From Dimargaris cristalligena (Eukaryota), in NCBI GenBank assembly GCA_003614675.1, contig ML002291.1, positions 1-46,858 on the forward strand: a DNA stretch of 46,858 nucleotides. Reading direction: 5' to 3'. The stretch's first letter is position 1, and each line of letters opens with the position of its first letter. A program made the translations under genes and the position numbers. Positions 11,709 through 22,258 of the stretch are shown one piece after another. The notes under the pieces were generated by a model. The model had not been told where the DNA came from. It ran no database searches and saw only the letters and a program-made list of their open reading frames with translations.

Positions 11709-12656
11709 ATGTCCATGTCACCAACCCTGGGGAACGGGTTCCCCATGCGACTGGCCCAAGCCGGCTTTTTCTCGGTCCTTCTCATGGTGCGTAGCTTCCG
11801 CAATCGGTCCCTCTCGGTATCTGGCTGTATCGCCGCCGGTCTCGTCGGCCTGGGCACATTTAGCAACGATTTAGTCGTGTTCACCGTCACCCTGCTGGTG
11901 TTTTTCCTGGCGAGTTCCAAACTCACCCGGTTCCAGAGTGAGCGTAAACGGGCCATCGAGGCCCACCATGTCGAAGGCGGTCAGCGGGACATGTGGCAGG
12001 TGTTCAGTAACGGCTGGACCGGGACGTTATTGGCGGTGTTGAGCACCTATTTCTTCGCCGGCCGGGCGACCGTGCCCTTCTACGGGGATACTTCAGCGCC
12101 CGGAGAGGGGGCCCTTCGCCGGGCCCTGCTGTTGGCTTACGTGGCCCACTACGCCTGCTGTAACGGCGATACCTGGGCCAGCGAATTGGGGACGTTGCAC
12201 CGGGCCTGGCCCCGCTTAATTACGACCGGTCGGCCCGTGCCTTCGGGCACCAACGGCGGAGTTAGCAGCACCGGTCTCCTGGCTTCGTTGGCCGGCGGAA
12301 CGGTCATCGGTTTAGCCGCCAATCTAGCCCTCTACCTTCAGGCCCTATACCGTTTTACCACAACCTCCGAGCTTGCCATGACTTACCCAAGTGGTACTGT
12401 CGGAGCCTTCGGAGTGGTCCTCTTAGCCGGTGTCGTCGGAGGTTTGGTCGGTTCCCTCGTAGACTCCCTGCTGGGCGCGGTACTTCAGTGCTCCTACGTC
12501 ACGTCCGGTGGACGGGTTGCCAATAGGAAGACGAGCTCCAGTGACAAATGGATCGCGGGGCATGATATTCTTAATAATAACCAAGTGAATTTCATTTCGT
12601 CGCTGACTATGGCCCTGGCTATCGGGTGCATCAGTTACGGATATTATTCAGTCTAG
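11709..12656 (+). CDS. TMEM19: TMEM19 / DUF92 family integral membrane protein (single exon)
   Basis: Family motifs SSKLTRF, GGQRDMWQVFSNG, GDTWASELG, ITTGRPVPSGTNGGVS, GSLVDSLLGAVLQ and LNNNQVNF, plus several TM segments. Start taken at caccATG 11709; alternatives are 11565, 11715 and 11745. Confidence 0.92.
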   Translation: MSMSPTLGNGFPMRLAQAGFFSVLLMVRSFRNRSLSVSGCIAAGLVGLGTFSNDLVVFTVTLLVFFLASSKLTRFQSERKRAIEAHHVEGGQRDMWQVFSNGWTGTLLAVLSTYFFAGRATVPFYGDTSAPGEGALRRALLLAYVAHYACCNGDTWASELGTLHRAWPRLITTGRPVPSGTNGGVSSTGLLASLAGGTVIGLAANLALYLQALYRFTTTSELAMTYPSGTVGAFGVVLLAGVVGGLVGSLVDSLLGAVLQCSYVTSGGRVANRKTSSSDKWIAGHDILNNNQVNFISSLTMALAIGCISYGYYSV

Positions 12657-13367
12657 TTGATATCATCGCATGGGCACATTCAACATATTCGCAATAACAG
12701 TTCTACCCCAAAAGGACATTCAAATAGGAAGAACACTACCAAACTGCTCGAAAATTTATTCGTGTAATTAAATGGCTTGATTGGGCCAGAGATACAACTG
12801 ATCGTAACTAGGTTGATTTTCATTAAAAAAATCCCGGAATTTCCTACATGGACTTCAACAGCAGACGCACAGCCAGGCCCCGGCTAATTATTCAAAACAG
12901 AAAAAAAAAAGTATGAGGAGGGAGGTAAACAATAGATAGTGGAAAATACAGGGTAATGGATTAGTGGTATCACGATGATGTATATAATAAATTATTTGAT
13001 ATATAGGGTTATATATGTAGATGGGTGGATCGAATAATTGCAAAATAATAATAATAGTGGGAATGGGTCGGTTTTGAGGAGAGAAAGTAGTGCTTAAAAT
13101 TACATTATAAAATATAAGGGAAAATGGGCAATTCTAATGATAAACCAAAACGGTGTTATCAGTGGCCAAAAAATCGGGAAAAGAAAGCCGTAAACCGCTG
13201 TGTGCCTGGGTGGGACAAAGTCCATGTAGGAAAATACCAGTGAAAACGCTCAAGGGCATTGCCCGTGATTCAAGCGAATAATAAAGCAGTGGGTCGAGTA
13301 ATCAGCGCAGCACCACCCCTATTCGACCTATAATGGCCTGCCAGATACGGTGCAGGGAATAGCACCG

Positions 13368-15545
13368 CTAAGCGGGATTTCGGCTAGTGCTGTATGAACG
13401 CTGACTACGAGTGACTGAATGGATGGGGGTTTGTGAGCGGCTAGGCGGCCTCATTCGGTCAGGTCGGGTATTGCTGACAGCAGCCAACTTATTACTGGAT
13501 GGGGTAATGCCGGGCCGTCGAGATGTAGGAGCAGCGGAGCGCGGTGTGGTGGTCAGCGACGGGTTAATCCGAGCAGGCTCGGAAGGGTTGGCCGCAGCCA
13601 TTCCACCCAATGCACCGGCGCTGGGGGTGGACCGAAGGGGTCGGCGGGACGAGCCAGGAGCCGGTGATGTTTGGGAACCGTTGGTGGCAGTGAACGACGA
13701 GTTTCGGGCGGGAGTACCCCGAACACCCGCTCGGGAGGATGGTGGCGGTCTGGCATCAGTCGGCCTGCCCCGGGTGCGAGGCATATTCGGGGCTTCATGG
13801 TTCGAAGTAACCGCTAACCCGTTACGGGGGCGTTGGGATAACAGGCGGGGGGAGACAAACGGGTCAAGGTTGGTGGAGTCATCGGCTAGTGGTGTGGGGG
13901 GCTGATCTAGTGGCACCTCGCTGCGAGGCGATGAGAGGGGAGTGGTGAGCGTGAACGAGACCGATTCCCGGGCCGGGGAGGGTTCGGAATCAGAGGCCTC
14001 GTCGTCGCTGGACTGGTCGACAGGAGTATCGGCACGGGGCGGATTTTTATCGGGCTCATCATCGTCATTGATCAAATCCAAGACGGACTGGTCCACCACG
14101 GTGCCGGACGAACTGGGATCCACGTTCTTTTCGGCCTCCAGCTGAAGCACCTCGGAATGGGAAAGGACCTTGCCGGCATTAAAGCCGGGGGTGTAGGTAA
14201 TCGCTTGTTTTCCGGTTTGGATCATTAATTCGATGCGGACAATGATGGCCTGGAAGAGCGGGTCATGGGCCAGGAGGCTGGCTTCATCTTGGAGTTCGTT
14301 GGTCGAACCGTCCGTTTCCATCAGGTCCCCTTCGGCGGAACCCGAGGGGAAATCGGGATCATCCGTCGACTGATCGGGTCCCGACGGGCGTATCCCCAAC
14401 TGTTGCTCGAGGGTGACGATACGTTGGCGCTGGGTACGGATTTTATCCTCATACATGCGATTAACCGTGAGGAGGGACTCATTAGTGATCTTCAGATCCT
14501 CGAGTTTACGATTAGATCGGGCCTCGTGGGCTTGGTCATTGGGCGCGCTGTTACCATTGGTATCTGAGATGTGGGATCCGGCCCGATGCTCCCGACCCGG
14601 GCCCCACTCCTCTGAGAGGACGTCGGCCTCCCCGCCACTGACGTGGGAAAGGGCGTAGGAAGAGTGGGAGAAGGCCGTCTCCGGGCGGGGTTTGAGAATA
14701 CGGGCATTGGGGCCAGTGGGCACAGGGCGAGACCCGTCTTCGGAAAAGACTTTGGAAATGGAGCGGTGGCGAAATTCGGGCGACTCGGGGCTGGAGTCCG
14801 AGCCGTAGGAGGTTAAATCATAGCTCGGTGGGGCTAAGTCGAGCACCGAAGTAGGCGATCGGGGCAAGGTGGGAAAGGGATGGGTGGGTGAAAATTCGAC
14901 GGAGGGAATCGCAGCCATTGATGCCACCCGGGGTCGGGGGGTGGCGCCCTCGGAGGCCATGACCTGTTCCAGTGGAGAAAGCTGGTTGGGCGACGACGAA
15001 AAAGGAGCTTGGGAGAACGGGGATGGAGGCAACGGTCGGTGTCGAACCGAATAGATGGCCTCCGACGAGGCGTGGCTTAATACATGCGGGGCTTCTAACG
15101 TCGGCCGGTGCGAATCCTGTGATCCATATCCGACCCGGGACGGGGCGAATCGGGAGTAGGAAGTGGGGACGTGGGAGGGGGTGTAGGGCGCGGGTTCGTA
15201 CGGACGGGTGGCGTAAGAACCATTGGAAAATTCAGACGAGGAGCGGGAGGGGGCCAGGGGAGTGGTGGCACTATTCGTGGCCCACTGCGAGGCCCGGCTG
15301 ACCTGGGAGGAGTTGTCCAGGGTATAGGCGTCAAGGGGACTCAGCTCGCGCGGGTAGAGGGGAGTGGGGTGGTAGCCCTGACTTGAGGGACCGATAATAT
15401 TAGCCTTGTTCACCCGGGCCCGGCTGGATATTTTGTTGGACGGGACACCGGCTATACTGGGCAGCATGGGGAGAGTGGGTTCGTAAATGTGTTGACCAGA
15501 TGGGGTCGTGGGGCGACTTTCTCGCCCCTCTCGACCTCGAAACAT
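13368..15545 (-). CDS. Uncharacterised fungal Ser/Pro-rich disordered protein with a central coiled coil (725 aa)
   Basis: Long uninterrupted ORF with ccgccATG context. The segment EARSNRKLEDLKITNESLLTVNRMYEDKIRTQRQRIVTLEQQL resembles an 'RKxxDLEIxNxSLLxxNxxLE' motif I recall from fungal hypothetical proteins. Confidence 0.85.
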   Translation of the reverse strand: MFRGREGRESRPTTPSGQHIYEPTLPMLPSIAGVPSNKISSRARVNKANIIGPSSQGYHPTPLYPRELSPLDAYTLDNSSQVSRASQWATNSATTPLAPSRSSSEFSNGSYATRPYEPAPYTPSHVPTSYSRFAPSRVGYGSQDSHRPTLEAPHVLSHASSEAIYSVRHRPLPPSPFSQAPFSSSPNQLSPLEQVMASEGATPRPRVASMAAIPSVEFSPTHPFPTLPRSPTSVLDLAPPSYDLTSYGSDSSPESPEFRHRSISKVFSEDGSRPVPTGPNARILKPRPETAFSHSSYALSHVSGGEADVLSEEWGPGREHRAGSHISDTNGNSAPNDQAHEARSNRKLEDLKITNESLLTVNRMYEDKIRTQRQRIVTLEQQLGIRPSGPDQSTDDPDFPSGSAEGDLMETDGSTNELQDEASLLAHDPLFQAIIVRIELMIQTGKQAITYTPGFNAGKVLSHSEVLQLEAEKNVDPSSSGTVVDQSVLDLINDDDEPDKNPPRADTPVDQSSDDEASDSEPSPARESVSFTLTTPLSSPRSEVPLDQPPTPLADDSTNLDPFVSPRLLSQRPRNGLAVTSNHEAPNMPRTRGRPTDARPPPSSRAGVRGTPARNSSFTATNGSQTSPAPGSSRRPLRSTPSAGALGGMAAANPSEPARINPSLTTTPRSAAPTSRRPGITPSSNKLAAVSNTRPDRMRPPSRSQTPIHSVTRSQRSYSTSRNPA

Positions 15546-18500
15546 GGCGGAAGTGCGGCGCCGGTCCGGGTACTCCGAAGGTGCAATATGAAATGGCAGG
15601 GAAATAGAAACCTCGGTAAAGAAGGGAGAGGATGGAATGGCGTGGCTCTCCTAAAAAAAGTCGATATTCAAAGAGCGTGCCAATGTGGTACGGCTGAAAA
15701 AAACGACGGCGGGGGTAATCCGGGAAGTCAGCCAGCAGACCAAACGTGGGTTAGGGAGGGGGAGCTTCGCAATGCAGGAAACGATTCTGATAGGTGGGCC
15801 CCAAAGTGGGCTATATGGACAAACCCAGCTCGACAGTAACTGGGGCGGACAGGGGAATTGATATTGTAGGATACTGGTGCCGGAGAAACACGCGTTGCAT
15901 CGATAGAAGACTGAGGTTGGTCCAATTAGACGGGGGCAATAGCCAGGGCTTTCCGGACGAGGCCTACTGGGCAATGGAGGAGGGGGTGTGCAGCGGGATG
16001 AGCCAATAGGTATAATATAAGGGGGGTGGAGGAGTGAAATAAAAAAGGGAATGGTAAGTAGCCGGAGACCGAACTGAACTAGACAACGAGGCTCGAGCAG
16101 GTCGCACGGGTTGCTCAAAACAAGGAACAACTGCCTTGGGGAGGGAGAAGGTTAGTCAAGTGGATAGCACGTTGGACGACTAGTGTTTAGGCGGGGAGGA
16201 ACTGAATAGGGCGCAGGATAAACAAAAACTACCATGCCAAAGGGGAAGGGGCCGCCGTAATCAATAGTGCGTGGAACAGTTGTTGACGGTCACTGCGAGG
16301 TGCCTCTCTCACTGCTGCTGGTGGGACTGAAAACAACAACAGGGGGGTGGAGAGATTGACTGGTGAATCCGAAGAGTAGAAGCACTCCCCAAGCCTTATC
16401 TGACCAGAAATCCTTTTACCTTATAATCAATGGGGCAGTAATAAAGGCGGTCAGTAACCCTCCGGTTTAACTGATAATGCTCGGTGGGGGTCCCGAACTC
16501 TACCGACTGGGTCTATGAATACAAGGGGGGATAATAGCAAGGAATGAAGCCGCAGGTCCAAAGTTCAGCATATATATATATAAGTGTATATGCATATAGG
16601 CTTCGAAGGTTCGCATTCACTCGCCTTTCGAAGCAGCTCTTACTGACAAACAAGTGTGCGGCGCAAGACACCCGGCGTTCGGGAGCACCCTGTGCGGCTT
16701 AGTCTATTTAGGTATCCTCAAAGAGCAGTGCGGAAACGCCCGCCAACGGTTAACTGGTTCGAAGGTCCAGTACCACGGAAGTCGATAGAGGTGTTTGTAC
16801 TGGGAACTTGGCGTTTGATTCCGGATAGAAGGAATGTGCGAGAGGTTGAAACGATGCTTAAAAAAGGAGCCAACAATAATAATAACAAACCAATGAGTTA
16901 CTCTTATTAAGGAAAGCGGAGCTTGAATTCACAGAAAGAAAACACGGCCAAGCACTACGGTGCGTCGTAGGGTATAGGGTATATAGGGTTTGGGGGCTAG
17001 GAAGGTGAGGAGGGGAGAAGGGTCTTTAGCACTATAGTAATGCCCTGAACTGGACTTGGTCCAATATAGTCCTTAAGGAGGCATCAGATAGGGCGGCCAC
17101 CTTTATGCGCTAGGAGGCCCATGTGCCTCTTTTCCGGGACCATGGGGACAGCTGGGCTGCTTCTAGTTCCCCTGGGCCATTGACCAGCCCAGCCCCGGCT
17201 TCCTTATACCACCATTGGCGAGGCTCGTCTACGAACCTGCCAATTACACATTTCTAGTGGAGGAGCCAAGGTCACCATTGTTGTACACAGAGTAGCACCA
17301 AGACTGGCGGAGATCCGGCCGGGGCGGGGTCGTTTGGATAAGCGGGTAGTTAGTTAGGTTGCGTTGGCCTCCAATATGTCTGCTCTTCTACCAAACAACT
17401 GCCTGTCAATCGAAGCGCACTGTGCTAATAAATAGGCGAGGGTGATCGTTCATCCCATTACCAGTCCACGGCTGGTCATACGTTCACGGGCTTCTGATTT
17501 AAAATAAGTGTCTATATTGGTCAGTGGGGGGTGCGACGAGTCTCGATTAGCCGATAGTATAGCACTTGCGAAGAGGACCCAGCTGTATGCGTGCATAAGT
17601 AGAATTATCCCCCCCTCTTAAGGCCAAGCCAACCGCATTGAGCTAACCCTAACCACCTCGGTCGAATAAGCCCTGTGGCGTCCCATACCCAGGCCGATGA
17701 CGAAGTACCTTTCCCTCGCTCTATGCATGCATTGACGGAGGTGGGTCGCCTATCTTCCGCAGTACATCCCGTTTCCGTATAAAGATGGGGCTCTCCGCTG
17801 TAAATGACCCCCACAGTTCTTGACTACTTCCTGGCCATTTGCTCAGCAGTGTTTGGAGCCATCCTGATAATATAATAAAAGCCTTCTCGCTCGTCATCGA
17901 TGGGTCTCAGTTACCAATAATCCCCCATATTTATTATATCCTCGTTACTTCCCTCTTCCCTTTAATAAATCGGCCGTCGCCATCTCTTACTCTAACCACC
18001 TGTCCCAGGGTGCATTATCTATTTGCACCCCCGCTTACTTCCCAAGCGCCCCAGAGTTGCGCCTTCCTATTTCAGCTCGTAGAAAGCACAGTTGCTCCGG
18101 CCACTTGGCACCTACCATCGTCTAACCCCCCTCTTTTGATTTCCAGCTTCTCCATTCAACTTGGGTACATTCAAGCGAGTTGGTCCATTTCTCTGGTCTT
18201 TTCATTGTGAGCCGCACTGTCTTTCTCTCCCACCTATCCTACCTACCTTTCTATATCGTCTCCTGTCCCTGTTTTATCCTGTCTACGCACCCCTATTATT
18301 CAGTTACACTCATCCCGCTTAGCTATTCTCTTTGCCCAGCATTACCTGCCATCTAACCCTCACCTTGAAGGTAGCCCCGACCTTCCTGCCCCCATCTTGA
18401 CCCCTCGCCGAAAAGATACCCACCCCGTGTGGCCTTGGCCACTTTTATCCGACCCATCCCACTCCATGCACTAACTGGGCGGTTCCGGGTGTAACCACCG

Positions 18501-18709
18501 TGTCTGCCCTATGCCAGTGTCTCCCGGCTTGCGGAGCCTCTCTTTTACCTCCTATTCGTCTAGTGTTTTCCACAGACTCATTCCATACATATCCTTATTT
18601 GCTCCTATTTTATATTTATTATTATTTTACTCTTCTAGTTGACGTGTTACTTTCGTCCCCCCTCCCTCATTGAATTCAACCGTGAACGCGTGTTTGCCCA
18701 CGTTCAGCC

Positions 18710-21700
18710 ATGTCGTTTATGAAATGGATCGGCATGGTGCCGTCTGCCAAGCCAGCGGACACCAGCCAATGGCCTGGAGGTCCCGAAAGATACTACGGTT
18801 TGGAGAACTTCGGCAACACCTGTTACTGTAACTCCATTTTGCAGGCCCTCTACCATTGCCCCTCCTTTCGGGACTGCGTCCTGAATTACCCTCAGCATTT
18901 GCTCGACCCACCGTCTGGTTCTGGGGCCGCCGGGTCGAATAAGTACCAACCAACGAATAATCCCGAATCAGCCCTCCCGCCAGCCACCACATCCCACCAA
19001 CAGAATGTGGCCACCCAACCCAATCCAGTGTTCTCCCGCTCGCGACCCCCCTTTCGGCGGCTCAGTTTCCGGGGCCAGCCACCTAACGCCGCCAATCTAA
19101 CCGAGCCCAAGTTGACCCGTTCCACCTCCAACTATGCTGATAGCTCCTCCTTGACCACTCCCTCTGAAGCGGGCGTCGAAAGCTTTATCCTGCCCCCGCA
19201 CATGACCGCCACATCGATTGGGGTAGATGACAGCATGTTCACGGCCCTCAAGGATCTGTTCTATGCCCTGAGCACCCAAAAGAAACGCACTGGGATTTAT
19301 TCCCCCAACTCGTTTATTCAAAAGCTTCGCAAAGAAAATGGTAAGCATCGGATCACTAGTTGATAAAATTGCGTGTTACTAACGTACTGTGGTTCTATGC
19401 ATGTTCAACGTAGTCGAATGCAACATGTAATTCACACGGTACCACACGCCTTTCGACCATCGATTAGTTATATATATATATATATACATATTACCGATCG
19501 GATATCGGGACCCAGAGTCCCCGTATATCTAACCCCGGTCTTATCTTAGAATCTAACCAAAGCCTCTCGGGTATATCCGATCTATTCTACCACAATGGGA
19601 CTGGTTTAACTTACCCTTATTATAGAACTATTCCGGGGCACAATGCACCAAGACGCACACGAATTCCTAAACTATATACTCAACGCCATCGTCGAAGACG
19701 TCACTAAAATCCATAACCAAATCTCGTCGCGTCGCGGTTCGGCATCGTCCGCTTCTAAAGGTAGGTGAATCGTTTAAGTAAACTCTGCCTATTACAATCC
19801 ACCTATGTTGATGCTGGGCCAATATCATTAGACTTCTTTCCAGGTCAGATGATGAATGGGGAGGGACAGTCACATTTTTTGCGATTTTCTTCGCCGTGGT
19901 AAATATAGTCGGGATCGATAATTACCAATAGCAACCCCCGCCGCTGCCTCACCTGATTATAACTAACGCCTATCCCGTACACGTCCGAATTGGGTTTCCA
20001 CCGAATTATTAATATCGGGCAAATCAGGTCCGCGCCAGTCTGTAGACTCCAAATCATCGCATTCAAGTGACTCGCACCCCAATTCGCCCCAGGGGTCTTT
20101 ACATTCTTCAACTGCATCCGATGATTACAAAACCTGGCTTCACACTTTATTCGAGGGAATCCTCACCAACGAGACCAAATGCCTGACTTGCGAGACGGTC
20201 AGTAGTCGTGAAGAGAGTTTTCTGGACCTTTCCATCGACATTGAGGACCACTCGAGTGTTACTAGTTGCCTCCGACAGTTCTCGGCTAGCGAAATCCTTT
20301 GCCAGAAGAATAAATTCTACTGCGACGAGTGCGGGGGGTTGCAGGAGGCCGAGAAACGTATGAAAGTCCAGAAGCTCCCCAACATTCTGGCCCTTCACCT
20401 CAAGCGGTTCAAGTACCAGGAGCGACTAGGCCGCTACGTCAAACTCTCCTGTCGGGTTCTTTTTCCATTCGAACTGCGTTTACCCAACACAACCGACCAG
20501 AGCGATAACCCGGATCGGCTCTACTCGCTGTTCGCCATCTGTATCCATATTGGGGGCGGCCCTTACCACGGTCACTATGTTTCCGTGGTCAAGAGCCACG
20601 ACCAGTGGATACTATTCGATGACGACAGTGTCGAATTGATTGAGGAAGACGATATCCAAAAGTACTTCGGTGACCATCCCCGAGCCGGTTCCGGTTACTT
20701 GCTCTTCTACCAGGCCAATGATCTCGATCCCAGTGCCCTCGATCTTCCCCACTTTGCCTATCCCTCACCTGCCGAATCGGCCGTATCGGTGGCCGACTAT
20801 AGTTCAGCTAACCCACCCCCATTCCACCGGGCCAAAACCGACTTACCTGCTATGTCTGGGGATACGCGCTTCGCCTCTACAACGATGCCCAACGGGCAAA
20901 AGTTATCCTCTTCCCCTTCCTCCAAACGCTCATCATCCCTGTTCGTTCATCGCTCGGACGATATGGGTGATGTCGACCCACAGAAGCTGCGCAGTCCATC
21001 GCTGAATCCCGATGGCGCCGCTCTTCCCGCACCCACAGGTTATTTTGATTTACCACCCGACATGCCTGCCCGAATTCCGCCGACCTTTCCTTCGTTTTTA
21101 TCATCCGGCCTGGCTCCGCCTTTAGCCACGACCCAGGGCTACCGGGCTGCCAGCACCGATAGTCCCATGTCGCCTCCACCCCCTTTGGGTGGCCTATCGA
21201 TTCATTCACCGGCTGTTCCTTGGCACTCAACCAACGGGGGCCCTCGGCCAGCCCCTACCAGCCCCCTGCCCCCACTTCCGCGGTCGCCTTCCCGGGCCCA
21301 TGTCAAGGGCGACCATGGCCTCGCCGTGGCATCACCTAATATACCCTCGCCCGTGGAGGTGCCCCTGGCCCACCGGTCCCGCCAAACTCACACCGACTTG
21401 GCCGGGGGTCCGGCAGCCTCCAATATATCCAATGCCGCCGCCACCCATATGGTAGGTGGTGGACTTAACTTAGGAAGCGGCCCGGCGGTATCCAATGGTC
21501 GGCTCAGTGAAGGTCATTCGGGTGGTCCGATGTTTACGGACCATCTTTTTAATGGCGTGAACAACATCACGGCGCCCTATATAAATCCACTCAGTCGGCC
21601 CCAGTCACCGGGCTATCCAATAGATCAAGGCGGCCAACCCAACCCCATGGTCAGTAAAGCATCCACTCTCCCTTTACCTGTACCCATTCCAACCCCTGAA

Positions 21701-21856
21701 TCGGCTTCACTACCAACCGTGAGTTCATCCAGCTCACTAGCGGCCACCATATCTAATCCGTCCAGTTGGTTCACTCGCCGGGACTCCCAGCCAGGCAAAA
21801 CCAAGGAATCGATGTCTTCTAAATTCTGGAAACCCATGGGTAGTACCAAACGCTAG
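18710..21856 (+). CDS. creB: Ubiquitin carboxyl-terminal hydrolase, USP12/USP46/Ubp9-13/CreB type (peptidase C19), 3 exons, about 864 aa
   Basis: Exons 18710-19340, 19626-19760, 20028-21856 (alternative in-frame acceptor at 20045). Introns GTAAGC..TAG and GTAGGT..CAG. Cys box [28 protein letters not shown], Zn ligands CLTC/CDEC, LHLKRF, His box GHYVS...FDDD, then a long Pro/Ser-rich tail. Confidence 0.93.
19468..19487. repeat. (TA)n microsatellite inside USP intron 1
   Basis: Direct reading. Confidence 0.85.
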
Positions 21857-22258
21857 CTCCAGGATTTCCTTGGTGAGTGGGTTTCTTTTAAACAATGTAT
21901 GTCGCCCCCACCATCCCACTCCACACATGTCTGGTTGGCCCTACTGAAGGCCGTGTATAATCTACGTACTACTCTGTTTTTTATAATATTCATTTATTTA
22001 ATGAAACAATTCAACTTTTGACCGTTGTTTGGTATAAGTTTGGGATAAACATTGATTGGAATGCAGACGGTTAAATGGAGTTGGTTGTCTTAATGTAGGG
22101 CAAAACCGTGGGATCTAAGCTTGTATAGATAGATATTATAACATTTATAAAAGAAAAAATGTGATAGGATGGGATTCCGGAAAACCTGTCTGATATCCAT
22201 GACATTTGATCCCCCAGAGAGTAAAACAGGGTCCCTGAGGCAATTAGGTATGACCTAA

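Noticed and set aside
11096-11956. 286-aa minus-strand ORF
   Set aside because: Antisense shadow of TMEM19 and its leader.
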